Shown here piece after piece: positions 19,762 to 32,243 of a stretch of DNA of 64,000 nucleotides. The notes under the pieces are model-generated. The model saw only the letters and a program-made list of their open reading frames with translations, was not told where the DNA came from and ran no database searches. The first letter of the stretch is position 1, and each line of letters opens with the position of its first letter. The stretch is from Vulcanimicrobiota bacterium (GTDB lineage Bacteria > Vulcanimicrobiota > Vulcanimicrobiia > Eremiobacterales > Eremiobacteraceae). A program made the translations under genes and the position numbers. Where the stretch lies: assembly GCA_963812135.1 (NCBI GenBank), contig CAWETU010000001.1, positions 1,600,001-1,664,000 of the forward strand, written 5' to 3'.

Positions 19762-20852
19762 TCGCGATAGACTTGCGCCGTGCGCTCGGCGGTGCGATCC
19801 CACGTATACGCCGCCGCGCGAGCGCGACCGCGCGCACGCAGCTCGTCGATCGCGCTGCCGCCGGCGATGGTCTGCGCGAGGGCGCGCGCCAACGCCGCCG
19901 CGTCAAGCGGCGGGAACGTCAACGCCGCGTCGCCCGCGACCTCAAGCAGCGCCGGTGTTTGCGCCACGATCACGGGCGCACCGGCAGCCATACCCTCCAA
20001 AACCGACAAACCGAACCCTTCGTACAACGACGGCTGCACGGTGGCCGTGCAGCCCGCATACAGTCCCACCAGCTCTTCTTCAGAGACGTGACCGGGTCGC
20101 ACAATTCTGCCGTCGCTTTTGCGGTACCTATCGAGGTCGAACGCGAACGGCGTCGATTCGGAGAGGACCAAGTCGCATGCACCGCTGACCTGCTGCCAAG
20201 CGGCGACCAGGGTCTCCAGGTTCTTGTGCTCGCGATGGTTGCCCGCGTACAAGAGGTATGGGGCGCTCAATCCAAACCGGGCGCGCGCGACAGCGGCGGC
20301 GGTGGCGCGCTGCTCGTCATCGAGCGCAAAGCGCTCGCTCACGCCGAGCGGAACCACGCGCACCGCCGACGGAGCAGCGCCGAGATAGTGTTCGATGTCC
20401 GGTACTGTGGCGTGCGCATCGACGATCACCGCGGCCGCCCGCCGGGCGAGGGGACCGACCACCCACTGATAATACGGCTTGACCTTCCATTTGAAGTACT
20501 GCGGGAACCGGCGATGGATCAGGTCGTGAATGGTGTAGACGTAGGGCCTCGGTCCGAAGCGCGGTGCGTAGACCGACATGAAATGCGTCAGCGACCCGGC
20601 ACGCGCGAGATCATTGAGAACGCGAGCGTACGCGAACTGCTCGCCCAGCGACCCGTTCTCCGCGAGCCTCTCTTCGATGTCGACGCGTTCGACGCCGCCG
20701 GCGATCTCGAGCTGCGCGTTCGACGCGACGACGAACGCAAGATCGGGCGCCGCTTTGGGCAGCCGTTTGACGAGTTCTCGCACATAGGCGATCATGCCGA
20801 CGGACATCTGCCGGGTGATGCGCGCGTCGAGGACGATGCGCGGTGCGCTCAC
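19746..20852 (-). CDS. Glycosyltransferase family 4
   Basis: GTG 20852 overlapping upstream stop; TIHDL, HKNL, PSLYEGFGLSVLEGMAAG. Confidence 0.92.
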   Translation of the reverse strand: MSAPRIVLDARITRQMSVGMIAYVRELVKRLPKAAPDLAFVVASNAQLEIAGGVERVDIEERLAENGSLGEQFAYARVLNDLARAGSLTHFMSVYAPRFGPRPYVYTIHDLIHRRFPQYFKWKVKPYYQWVVGPLARRAAAVIVDAHATVPDIEHYLGAAPSAVRVVPLGVSERFALDDEQRATAAAVARARFGLSAPYLLYAGNHREHKNLETLVAAWQQVSGACDLVLSESTPFAFDLDRYRKSDGRIVRPGHVSEEELVGLYAGCTATVQPSLYEGFGLSVLEGMAAGAPVIVAQTPALLEVAGDAALTFPPLDAAALARALAQTIAGGSAIDELRARGRARAAAYTWDRTAERTAQVYRECLAR

Positions 20853-21619
20853 GGGTTCGGCGTGCCGCTCGAGCGACGCAGCGCCTTTGCCGCGACCGCA
20901 ACCGGGTAGAACGCGCTGCACCACGCGATGTACGCGCCGCGCCAACCGTCGGCGATCGCGCCGCGCCCGAGCAGCAACCACAACGCGCGCAGCGGCATCA
21001 CGGAGCTCGCGCTGATCAGTGCAAACACGTCGGGTGTCGCGGCCGCCGCCTCGATGTCGGTGTAGCGCGCGAACTTCGCGCGGTACTCTGCGAGAGAGTC
21101 GTACGAGTAGTGCTCTAGCGGGGCGTCGAGCGCACCGCTCGGGACCGCGACCGTCCATGTCTCGTGCAGCGATGCGGTCCCGTCGCCGCGGGCTTTGATG
21201 TTCGCGCGGCCGGTCCGGAACAGGCGCACGAGCCTGTCGGGCCACCAACCGGCGCCGCGTATCCAACGGCCGCAGAAATAGTTTCGGCGCGGTACCGAAT
21301 ACGCTTCGACGCCGTCTGGCGCGTCCAATCCGGTGAGTTCGAGCTGGAGCTCGGGCGTGAGACGCTCGTCCGCGTCGAGCATGAATGTCCAAGGCGTGTC
21401 CACCAGCGCAGCTGCGTCGAGCCGCGTTTGCGCGAATCCGCGCCACGGCGCGTCGACGACGCGCGCACCTATATCAGCAGCGACCGAGGCGGTGCCGTCG
21501 GTCGACGCCGAATCGTACACGAGCGTCTTCGCGTTCGCCGGGACCGACGCAAGGCAATCGCCGATGCGTGCGGCCTCGTTCTTCGTCAGCACGACGAAGG
21601 TGATGTCTGCGGGATCCAT
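20849..21619 (-). CDS. Glycosyltransferase family 2 (WaaE/KdtX-like)
   Basis: LTKNEA, DSASTDGT, LDADE, PRRNYFCG, WWPD..RLF. Confidence 0.9.
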   Translation of the reverse strand: MDPADITFVVLTKNEAARIGDCLASVPANAKTLVYDSASTDGTASVAADIGARVVDAPWRGFAQTRLDAAALVDTPWTFMLDADERLTPELQLELTGLDAPDGVEAYSVPRRNYFCGRWIRGAGWWPDRLVRLFRTGRANIKARGDGTASLHETWTVAVPSGALDAPLEHYSYDSLAEYRAKFARYTDIEAAAATPDVFALISASSVMPLRALWLLLGRGAIADGWRGAYIAWCSAFYPVAVAAKALRRSSGTPNP

Positions 21620-21630
21620 AGTTAGAGCGG

Positions 21631-23307
<1,677 letters not shown>

Positions 23308-23309
23308 CT

Positions 23310-23347
23310 AATAAAGAAGAACCCGGTCGTCAGACGACCCGGTTCTT
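23310..23347 (-). terminator. Intrinsic terminator between hemF and pyrG (possible attenuator)
   Basis: AAGAACCGGGTCGT-CTG-ACGACCGGGTTCTT followed by CTTTATT, 35 nt before pyrG ATG. Confidence 0.65.
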
Positions 23348-23431
23348 GGGGTTTTTGGGCGGCGGCGGCGCTCGCGCGCTTCACCATCGGCGAAGCGGTC
23401 CGGCTCAAAATACCCGGCACCCGGACGCACG

Positions 23432-24400
23432 TCATGTACTTGTCAATTCGTTCGGCTGGTGCGGACTCCTGCCCGACGGCGTCTGCGCTTCGCTCAGCCA
23501 ATCACGCGGCGTGAAGAATTTGAGCGCCTGTTCCTCACGGCTGCCGGGTGTGGCCTGCCAGCCGTATTCCCAGCGTGCGACCGGCGGCAGCGACATAAGT
23601 ATGGACTCCGTCCGGCCGCGGCTCGCCAGGCCGAACGCGGTGCCGCGATCGTAGACGAGGTTGAACTCGGCGTACCGTCCGCGCCGCAGCTGCTGGAAGT
23701 AACGCTCGGTATCGCCGTAGGGCTGGCTGCGCCGGCGTTGCGCGATGGGCGCGTAGGCCGGCATGAACGTCTCGCTGCAATCGCGGACGAAATCGAGCAG
23801 CGATTCCTGATCGCCACGCAGGTCGTCGAAAAAAATCCCGCCAACGCCGCGCGTCTCGCCGCGGTGCGGCAGATAGAAATATTCGTCGCACCAGCGCTTG
23901 AAGCGCGGATAATAGGAAGGATCGTGCCGATCGCAGACCGCTTTCCACGCCGCATGGAACGCTTTGGCATCCTCAAGTGTCGGGTACACGGGCGTCAGAT
24001 CCGACCCGCCGCCGAACCAACTGTCCGTGCCGCGTTCGAGATAGCGGAAGTTGGCATGAACGGTCGGCACGTATGGGTTGCGGGGGTGGAGCACGATCGA
24101 AATGCCGGTGGCGAAGAACTGGCGCCCAGGCGCTTGGGCGCGCTGCGAGCGCTCGAGACGGGCGATGGCTTCGTCGTCGAATTCGCCCCACACCGCCGAC
24201 CAGTTCACACCGCCCTTTTCGAAGAGATCCCCGTCCGCGATGACCGCCGTGTGCCCGCCGCCGCCGCCGGGCCGGTCCCAAGCATCAAGACGAAAGCGAG
24301 CCTTGCCGTCGAGCTCCGCAAGTTCTTCGCACAAGCGCGACTGCAAGGCGCGGAACAGCGCTTGCGCGCGCAGGCCGAACGGGCTGAACGACTGGTCCAT
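23432..24400 (-). CDS. hemF: Oxygen-dependent coproporphyrinogen III oxidase
   Basis: FEKGGVN, HPRNPYVPTVHANFRY, WFGGGSDLTP, RRGRYAEFNLVYDRGT. Confidence 0.97.
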   Translation of the reverse strand: MDQSFSPFGLRAQALFRALQSRLCEELAELDGKARFRLDAWDRPGGGGGHTAVIADGDLFEKGGVNWSAVWGEFDDEAIARLERSQRAQAPGRQFFATGISIVLHPRNPYVPTVHANFRYLERGTDSWFGGGSDLTPVYPTLEDAKAFHAAWKAVCDRHDPSYYPRFKRWCDEYFYLPHRGETRGVGGIFFDDLRGDQESLLDFVRDCSETFMPAYAPIAQRRRSQPYGDTERYFQQLRRGRYAEFNLVYDRGTAFGLASRGRTESILMSLPPVARWEYGWQATPGSREEQALKFFTPRDWLSEAQTPSGRSPHQPNELTST

Positions 24401-25261
24401 CACGCGACGATCACCATGCGGTCTCGGCCCGCCGCATCTTGTCTCACGTCGACGGCGCGATCGGGATATGCGCTGCGCGCTATGTCAGCGAGGCCTTGTG
24501 CGGTGGATGGGCCGCACTCACAATAGATCATTCCGCCGGGGCGCAGCCACAGAGTTGCGCGCTCGAACATGCGCCGGTAGAGCGCAAGTCCGTCGGGGCC
24601 GGCGTCGAGCGCGAGCGCCGGTTCGTGCGCGCGCACGTTTGCCGCGAGATCGGGATCCTGGTCGGCCACGTATGGCAAGTTCGCGACGATTGCGTCAAAG
24701 CGCTGGTCCGGCGCGAGCCCATCGAAGAGATCGCCGAAGCGGAGCTCGATGCGATCGCCGAGTCCCAATCCGTCGATGTTGCCGGCCGCGACGTCGAGCG
24801 CATCCCGGCTCACATCAGTGGCGACGAGGCGCGCGCGCGGCAGTATGTCGGCCAAGGCACACGCGATCGCTCCGCTGCCGGTGCCGAGCTCGAGGATGTC
24901 GGCGGTTCGCCCGCGCCAATCGTCCACGACCGCTGCCACCAGCTCTTCGGTTTCTGGGCGCGGCACGAGGACGCGGCGGTCGACGTGCAGACGAAGCCCG
25001 CAGAACTCCTTGAATCCAACGAGATATGCCACCGGCTCGCCCGCCTCGCGACGACGTACCAGCGCGTCGAGCTCTTCGCGCCGCCGCGGTGGCAGCCGAT
25101 GATCGCCGTAGGCGACGATCGCCGATGCATCGAGACCGGTGACGTGGCTGGCGAGGATCCGCGCGTCGAGCCAGGGCGTGCCTGACACGCCGAGCAGCCG
25201 TCTCCGGCTCGCTTCGACCGCCGCGGCGATCGTATCGGTGCGGACCGGGTAAAAGCGACGT

Positions 25262-25275
<14 letters not shown>
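24400..25275 (-). CDS. prmC: Release factor glutamine methyltransferase
   Basis: GEPVAYL, VLVPRPETE, ELGTGSG, ANLPY; follows prfA. Confidence 0.93.
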
Positions 25276-26359
<1,084 letters not shown>

Positions 26360-26392
26360 GCTTGCCCGAAGGCCCGCGCGCTCGAGCGCGGG

Positions 26393-27163
26393 CTACTTCG
26401 ACTTGGCCGCCTTGCTCTTGGCAGCTGGTTTCTTCGCTTTCGGCTCGGCGGTTTTCGAACGCTCGGCCTTGGTGGTCCGACTCGCGCTCTTGGCCTTCTT
26501 CGGCGTTTCGTCAGTCTGCGCGGCCTTCGAGCGGCTCGCAGGTTTGGTCTTCGCGGCTGCGCGCTTTGCCGTTTTGGGCTTAGCCGCTTCCACGTCTTCG
26601 ATCGCGATGGTTGCGACGGGAATCGCCTCTTGCGCTGCAGGTTCGCTGACGACAGCTGACGCGGCGCTTTCGGCGGCAGCGGTCGCAGCTGCCTGAGCAG
26701 CCTCTGCATCGCGCTGCGCTTTCGCTTGTTTTTCGGCCTCGCGCTTCGAGGTTTCCTCGGCGTGGCGCGTGGCGCTCGCCTCCGCTGCTGCGCGCTTTTC
26801 TTTTTCTTGCGTTGCGCGCTTCGAGGCTTCGGCTGCGTCGCGCGCGGTCTGCTCGGCTGCGGCGACCGCGGCCGCCTTGGCCGCTTCCGCTTCTGCCGCG
26901 TCGGCGGCGTCTTTCGCGACCTTGGCTTCTGCCGCGGCTTTGGCTTTCTTCGATTTCTTGCTCTCGACTGCGCCGTACTTCGTGACGAACTTCTCGACGC
27001 GTCCTTCGGTGTCGACGAATTTCTGCTTGCCGGTGAAGAACGGATGGCACGCCGAACAGATCTCCACGTGGAGTTTGTCGAGCGTCGAACCGGTTTGGAA
27101 TGTGTTACCGCACGCGCACACCACGGTGGCAGTAAACCACTTGGGGTGGATTTTCTCTTTCAC
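26393..27163 (-). CDS. rpmE: 50S ribosomal protein L31 (zinc-binding type) with ~190-aa low-complexity C-terminal extension
   Basis: GTG 27163; KIHP...CACG...[24 protein letters not shown]; no stop until 26393. Confidence 0.93.
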   Translation of the reverse strand: MKEKIHPKWFTATVVCACGNTFQTGSTLDKLHVEICSACHPFFTGKQKFVDTEGRVEKFVTKYGAVESKKSKKAKAAAEAKVAKDAADAAEAEAAKAAAVAAAEQTARDAAEASKRATQEKEKRAAAEASATRHAEETSKREAEKQAKAQRDAEAAQAAATAAAESAASAVVSEPAAQEAIPVATIAIEDVEAAKPKTAKRAAAKTKPASRSKAAQTDETPKKAKSASRTTKAERSKTAEPKAKKPAAKSKAAKSK

Positions 27164-27339
27164 TAGGGTCCTCTCTCGCGCTGCCCGGCCGATCGTTCGG
27201 CGACTTTTGTCCCGCAATCGGCCACGTGCGCCAAAGGCTACTATATCATACTGCGCAAGCGGCTGCATAGGCCTAGACGGCGCGCGGCCCCGCGTGACAA
27301 GGCGTCTAGCTTGTTGGGGGCAACCCCGGGAGGACCGCC

Positions 27340-27633
27340 ATGGCTTGGCTACCGCTCGTCGGCACCGTGATGTCGCTCGTCACCTCCAAAGGCATCGACG
27401 TCGCGCAGCAGGCGATGATCCAGATGGACGAGACCAATCAACTGCTGCTGCAGGCGCGCGAGATGCAGCACCAAGAGGCGCTGGACAATCGGAGCGAGGT
27501 CTTCAATGAGGCCATCGCTGACCGTTCCGAGAGCATGCGCGAGCGCAGTCTGCTCGAAGATCTCGACATGACCGAGCGCAAGATCGACGACCGGATCACC
27601 AAGGAGTGGATCGGCTTGATCAAGGGTCAATAG
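27340..27633 (+). CDS. Small helical hypothetical protein
   Basis: Strong GGAGG RBS, native codon usage, Gln/Glu/Met-rich. Confidence 0.75.
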   Translation: MAWLPLVGTVMSLVTSKGIDVAQQAMIQMDETNQLLLQAREMQHQEALDNRSEVFNEAIADRSESMRERSLLEDLDMTERKIDDRITKEWIGLIKGQ

Positions 27634-27710
27634 GCAAAGCGGGACCTTCTCGCCAAGCTGGCTGACCCGTTTCGGGTCATGCACCCACGCAACTCCTGGA
27701 GGTCCCCAGA

Positions 27711-28154
27711 ATGAAAAAAGCGCTCGTATCGGTGGCTGCGTTCGCGGTCGCGCTTGCAGTCTTGCCGGCCTTGGCAGACCAAATGACGTCGGTGTCGGTG
27801 CCCATCCAAGCTCAAAACGGTTCCGGTCAAACCGGCGTCGCGACCCTCACGCCGACTACGGACGGCAAGACCAAAGTGGACATCGTGATGAAGGGCGAGC
27901 CGGATGGCGCGGTCGAGCCCACGCACATCCACAAGGGTCCTTGCAAGACGCTTACGCCAAAGCCTTCGTATCCGCTGAGCCCCGTGACGGGCGGCAAGTC
28001 AACGACCGTGGTGGACGTGCCGCTTGCGCAACTGCAGGCCGGAACGATGGCCATCAACCTGCATCAGTCCGCAACCGCGATACAGACATACGTCGCTTGC
28101 GGCGACATACCAGCGGCGACCGCACCAGCTCCGGCTTCCTCTTCGGGATACTAA
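27711..28154 (+). CDS. Secreted CHRD-like domain protein
   Basis: Signal peptide; QNGSGQTGVA, PTHIHKGPC, AINLHQS, YVACGDI. Confidence 0.8.
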   Translation: MKKALVSVAAFAVALAVLPALADQMTSVSVPIQAQNGSGQTGVATLTPTTDGKTKVDIVMKGEPDGAVEPTHIHKGPCKTLTPKPSYPLSPVTGGKSTTVVDVPLAQLQAGTMAINLHQSATAIQTYVACGDIPAATAPAPASSSGY

Positions 28155-28170
28155 TCAGCGTCTGAGACGC

Positions 28171-28209
28171 GAGAGGCGCTGCCCGAGTCGGGCGGCGCCT
28201 CTTCTTATT
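28171..28209 (+). terminator. Intrinsic terminator
   Basis: AGAGGCGCTGCCCG-AGT-CGGGCGGCGCCTCT followed by TCTTATT, between convergent genes. Confidence 0.75.
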
Positions 28210-28762
28210 CCTGATGCTTGTCAGCGGTCTCGAGCGAAAGCCGCGGCGTGCCGCGAGGAAACGTGCCATTCGGGTGCTTGTCAATGAACCTCTGTGCGAC
28301 CGTAACCATATACTCGAAGTTCTCCCACACCCGATCGCCAACACTGCCGCTGCGGACGATGGCGATCGCAGGTGTAAGGCTTCTCCAGGCCCCGATCACG
28401 TTAACCGACCAAAAATCGCAGACCACATCGCCGTCAGCCAGCCCGTGCTTGACGTAGACACCCATCGTCTCGTAGAAGTTGCAAATCGCATTCATACATC
28501 GAACGAGTTCATCGGACGAGGTGTCAGCTTTAAGTTCGGCGCGGAATTGGGGGTCTCTGAGCCGCTCGTCAAGCTCCTGCAAGAGGCGTCTTCGAGCGTT
28601 GACGAGTGCGGAATCGTCCCACATGTCTTCGAGTTTGGAAAGCGCGGTGATCTGACTGCTGCTGCGCATATGGCGCAGCTGGATTATCGCGGCGATCGCG
28701 GTTGCAGCGATGACGAGAAAGGTGCCAGCCGACGCAGCCAAACTCCAGACTTCAAACGACAT
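28205..28762 (-). CDS. DUF4760-like protein
   Basis: N-terminal TM then QLR; NFYETMGVYVKHGLAD...WENFE. Confidence 0.7.
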   Translation of the reverse strand: MSFEVWSLAASAGTFLVIAATAIAAIIQLRHMRSSSQITALSKLEDMWDDSALVNARRRLLQELDERLRDPQFRAELKADTSSDELVRCMNAICNFYETMGVYVKHGLADGDVVCDFWSVNVIGAWRSLTPAIAIVRSGSVGDRVWENFEYMVTVAQRFIDKHPNGTFPRGTPRLSLETADKHQE

Positions 28763-28827
28763 CAAGGCGCTCCGCGTCCTACCCGAAACATAGACACCGC
28801 AATCCTTGCGGCGTCAAATGGGCATCG

Positions 28828-29028
28828 CTATTCATATCTGAAACCGCATGAATGGCACGCCCATCGAGGGCTATCCGCGGAGATGATGCAGCCTCCAAGC
28901 ACGACCTCGCCACGTGCCGCCGCGTTTGACATTTCCTCACCTGGGAGGCCGTAGCAGATCGGCAACGGTTGTGAAGCACCGCATCGCGGGCACGGTGGAC
29001 GCGTTTGAGCTGATTCGGCGGGCTCCAT
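28828..29028 (-). CDS. Small zinc-ribbon hypothetical protein
   Basis: CPRCG...I.YGLP...LGGC...P.W.CHSCG. Confidence 0.65.
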   Translation of the reverse strand: MEPAESAQTRPPCPRCGASQPLPICYGLPGEEMSNAAARGEVVLGGCIISADSPRWACHSCGFRYE

Positions 29029-29077
29029 GTTACCGTCAATCAGACGCCGCACTTGCTTGCAACGTCAAGGTTCTTTC

Positions 29078-29154
29078 TGGTGGGCGATCGAGGACTCGAA
29101 CCTCGGACCTCATCCTTATCAGGGATGCGCTCTAACCACCTGAGCTAATCGCCC
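29078..29154 (-). tRNA. tRNA-Ile(GAT)
   Basis: Anticodon arm CATCC-CTGATAA-GGATG, encoded CCA. Confidence 0.95.
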
Positions 29155-29282
29155 GTGCGACCCAGTTTTCTCGAAATGCCACGGTTCTCCGGCAAGCCAA
29201 GCCGCCCTGCCGCCGACATGGGATTTGCAACGTGTCGAACGAACTGCTCGCACAACGAGCCCTCTCACGCGAGGTGTTCATC

Positions 29283-30950
29283 ATGCTGCCGGCTTGTCTC
29301 ACCGCGTTCGCAATCATTTGGATCGCGTCGGCGCCAGTTTCATCCGGCGATGGAAAAGCGGTCGGGTCTTCACCGTCGGCATCGCCCCAACCATCGGCTG
29401 CGCCGACCGCCGCCGCGACACCGCCAGGCATCACGTCGACCACCACGACCTTGAAGGCGGTGCTCGACATGAACCGGCTTGCGATCGGCAAAATGACGGC
29501 GCCCATACGCACAGATATCGAGACGGGCACCGTGAGCGCGTACGGGTTGACCGGCACGTATCGCGTGGCGATCGATCACAAGAACTGGCGTCGCTCGGAG
29601 ACGCTCGGTACGTTCACCACGCAATACGGCGAATACAACGGCGTCAAGTGGGATCAAAATGAGAACGGCCTCACGGTGACCCTGCATGGAGTGCACCAGC
29701 GCGACGAGATCAGCGCCCTCGCGCTTGCGAACACGCCGGGGACAGACGATCCCAGCGTCCGCCTGTTAGGCCAGGTCAGTGATCCGGTGCACGCCTACGT
29801 GATAGAAGTAAATCCACCGAAAGGCCGTCACGAATTCCTCTTCTTCAATCTGTCGACGCATCTGCTCGATCGCTCTGAGGAGATCACTTCGCAGGGGCGG
29901 CTTGTCTCCACGTTCGACGACTATCGCCGCGTCAACGGGAATATGGAGGCGTGGCATCGCCATTACTCCGACGGCCACCCGCAGAACGAATCCGACTACA
30001 CGACCACAGCCGACGATGTGAACGGCACAGTGGATCCGAGCGAGGTCGCGATGGCGGGCATATCCCGGGAGCTCGTCGAGTTCCCCGCAGGCGTGACCAG
30101 CGTCAGGCTGCCGGCCCATGTTGACTACGGCACGATCGTCGTGCGCGTCACCATCAACGGCCGCGGACTGGATTTTGCGCTGGACTCCGGCGCGAGCACG
30201 ATCGTCATCGATCGCGACGTCGCCAAGCAGCTCGGGCTCCAGACGTTCGGAAAATCATTTGAGACCACCGCCGGCCCGTACGAACAATCGAAGGCCGTGA
30301 TCCCTGAGATGTCGATCGGTCAGGTGACGATGCACAACGTCGTCGTCGACAGCCTGCCGTTCGCCATGGACTTCGAGCAAGGGACGAAGATCGTGGGGCT
30401 GCTTGGTTTCGACTTCATCGGCGATAACGTGGTCAAGGTGGATTACGATCACGGCGAAGTGGACGTCATGCAACACGATTCGTTCGCCGCGCCCCCTGAC
30501 GCGTCATACGTCGACGCGCTGCTCGATGATGGCGTTCCCATGGTGTCCGCCTCGATCAACGGTGCGATCGGCAACCACTTCATCCTCGATACGGGCGCCG
30601 ACGGCGTGATGATTTTTAACGAGTTCGCGCAGGCGCACCCCAGCGAGGTGGCTGATCTCGGCGAGGGCAGGATGCTGAACAGGTACTTGCGTTATCTGTC
30701 GGCGCAAGGCGTGGGAGGAGAGATCGAGCTCAGCGCCGTGCAGATCAAAGACTTCCTGTTCGGGCCCGTGCACTTCCAGCGCTTTGTCGCGTTTCGGACA
30801 AACTCGACGTCATTTCAGGGCGAGGACGCTGACGGGCTGATCGGCTACGACTTCCTGCGCTCGTTCAACCTCTATTTCGACTATGTCGATGGGCGAGTCT
30901 ATCTGCAACCGAACGATCTGCTGAAACGGACCGGCACGAAGATGCAATAG
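29283..30950 (+). CDS. Secreted tandem retropepsin-like aspartyl protease
   Basis: ATG 29283 after GAGGTG; two catalytic motifs FALDSGAS and FILDTGAD, each followed by GLLGFDF/GLIGYDF. Confidence 0.85.
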   Translation: MLPACLTAFAIIWIASAPVSSGDGKAVGSSPSASPQPSAAPTAAATPPGITSTTTTLKAVLDMNRLAIGKMTAPIRTDIETGTVSAYGLTGTYRVAIDHKNWRRSETLGTFTTQYGEYNGVKWDQNENGLTVTLHGVHQRDEISALALANTPGTDDPSVRLLGQVSDPVHAYVIEVNPPKGRHEFLFFNLSTHLLDRSEEITSQGRLVSTFDDYRRVNGNMEAWHRHYSDGHPQNESDYTTTADDVNGTVDPSEVAMAGISRELVEFPAGVTSVRLPAHVDYGTIVVRVTINGRGLDFALDSGASTIVIDRDVAKQLGLQTFGKSFETTAGPYEQSKAVIPEMSIGQVTMHNVVVDSLPFAMDFEQGTKIVGLLGFDFIGDNVVKVDYDHGEVDVMQHDSFAAPPDASYVDALLDDGVPMVSASINGAIGNHFILDTGADGVMIFNEFAQAHPSEVADLGEGRMLNRYLRYLSAQGVGGEIELSAVQIKDFLFGPVHFQRFVAFRTNSTSFQGEDADGLIGYDFLRSFNLYFDYVDGRVYLQPNDLLKRTGTKMQ

Positions 30951-30968
30951 CTCGCCGCAACCGACAGC

Positions 30969-31970
30969 CTACTGGGTAATCGTGAGGACGCCATCGGTGC
31001 CGAAATCAACGGAACAGCCGTCATTGCCGTTCGAGCCGTTGTCTTCGGTGCTTCCTTTTAGCACGAACCCATTGTTCGTAGACGACCCGTTCGCCCAGCC
31101 TTGCACGATCGAAGTCACGTCGAAGGTCTCGGTCATTCCGGTTCGCTGCGAGCTTACGGGCATCGAGAAATCCCCGTCGTTGGGATATGGTGCGTTGAAA
31201 GTGTTCGTTCCGCCCTGCCAGTTCACGGTCGCGCGCCCGACGCCGCCGAAACACACGATCTTCCCAGTGGTCTCGGTAAGGGTTAGCGTGGCCTTCGTCG
31301 GTTTTGCGCCCGCAATGGCGCTTTGATCGAAGAGCAATGCAGAACGCAGATAGTAGTTATCATGATAGAGCCAGAACGAGTCGCCGTTTTTGATGTGCAC
31401 CCAACCCACGCACAGATCTAGGCAAGGACCGGTGCCGTTCTCGGGAACGTAGGTCGTCATGCCAACCCACTTGTACTCATACTTGCGCCACCCCCACCAC
31501 TTTGAGTGCAACGTGATCAGTGGTCGGGCTAGCGTCGTCATGCCTGGGTGCAACACAGCGTATGGGTTTGCGCATGCGACATTGAACGTCGCTTTGGGCG
31601 AGTAGACATCCGCCTGACCGCCGGCGATGTTGTGGACCCAGAGCTGGTCGAAGTTCGCACCCGTGCTGTTCGCTGGGATGCTGAATGAATCGCTCACCGG
31701 GAGACTGCCGCCGGACGGAATCGTGCCGGCTCCGACGCTCTGCACCTGTTGCACGCCGTTGATGAACCTATTGAAACTGTATTGAAACGTCGTCCCTGCT
31801 GTGCCGACGATGGTTCCGGAGAACGCCTCGGTGACCGGGCACTTGCCCGAATACGAGGGCGTTGTTGCAGTCAGGGTGGTCGTCGTGATGGCGGCATCAG
31901 CCGGCCTCGCGATCATGACGAAAAGCACCGCGGCGAGAAGCCCTGCGGCAGATACGGCGTTCCGAATCAT
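30969..31970 (-). CDS. Secreted protein: Ig-like N-domain plus DNRLRE-like C-domain
   Basis: Signal peptide MIRNAV...ADA; ATLTL, FDVTSIVQGWANG..NNGFVLK. Confidence 0.7.
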   Translation of the reverse strand: MIRNAVSAAGLLAAVLFVMIARPADAAITTTTLTATTPSYSGKCPVTEAFSGTIVGTAGTTFQYSFNRFINGVQQVQSVGAGTIPSGGSLPVSDSFSIPANSTGANFDQLWVHNIAGGQADVYSPKATFNVACANPYAVLHPGMTTLARPLITLHSKWWGWRKYEYKWVGMTTYVPENGTGPCLDLCVGWVHIKNGDSFWLYHDNYYLRSALLFDQSAIAGAKPTKATLTLTETTGKIVCFGGVGRATVNWQGGTNTFNAPYPNDGDFSMPVSSQRTGMTETFDVTSIVQGWANGSSTNNGFVLKGSTEDNGSNGNDGCSVDFGTDGVLTITQ

Positions 31971-32135
31971 TCCATGTCTCCTATTACAAGAAACGATACT
32001 GCTCACGAAAAGCGATACTAGAGCATAAACGCAACCGGTCACCGGAATGTTTCGCGGTGGAGATAGGCCGTTCCCAGACCCCCTTGCCAGGCGATTCTGA
32101 GGCTGCACCGAAATCTCGATTGCCCGCGACACGAT

Positions 32136-32208
32136 GGGGGATTAGCTCAGTTGGTAGAGCGCGTGCTTTGCAAGCATGAGGTCAGCGGTTCGAGCCCGCT
32201 ATCCTCCA
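32136..32208 (+). tRNA. tRNA-Ala(TGC)
   Basis: GGGGGAT/ATCCTCC acceptor with G3:U70, anticodon loop TTTGCAA. Confidence 0.95.
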
Positions 32209-32243
32209 AAGAAAGAACCCGCGATCCGTGATGGGAGGGATCG

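Noticed and set aside
27633..27700. GGCAAAGC... resembling a c-di-GMP-I riboswitch
   Set aside because: No GNRA-capped P2 stem or GACGCAAAGC/P3 arrangement could be built.
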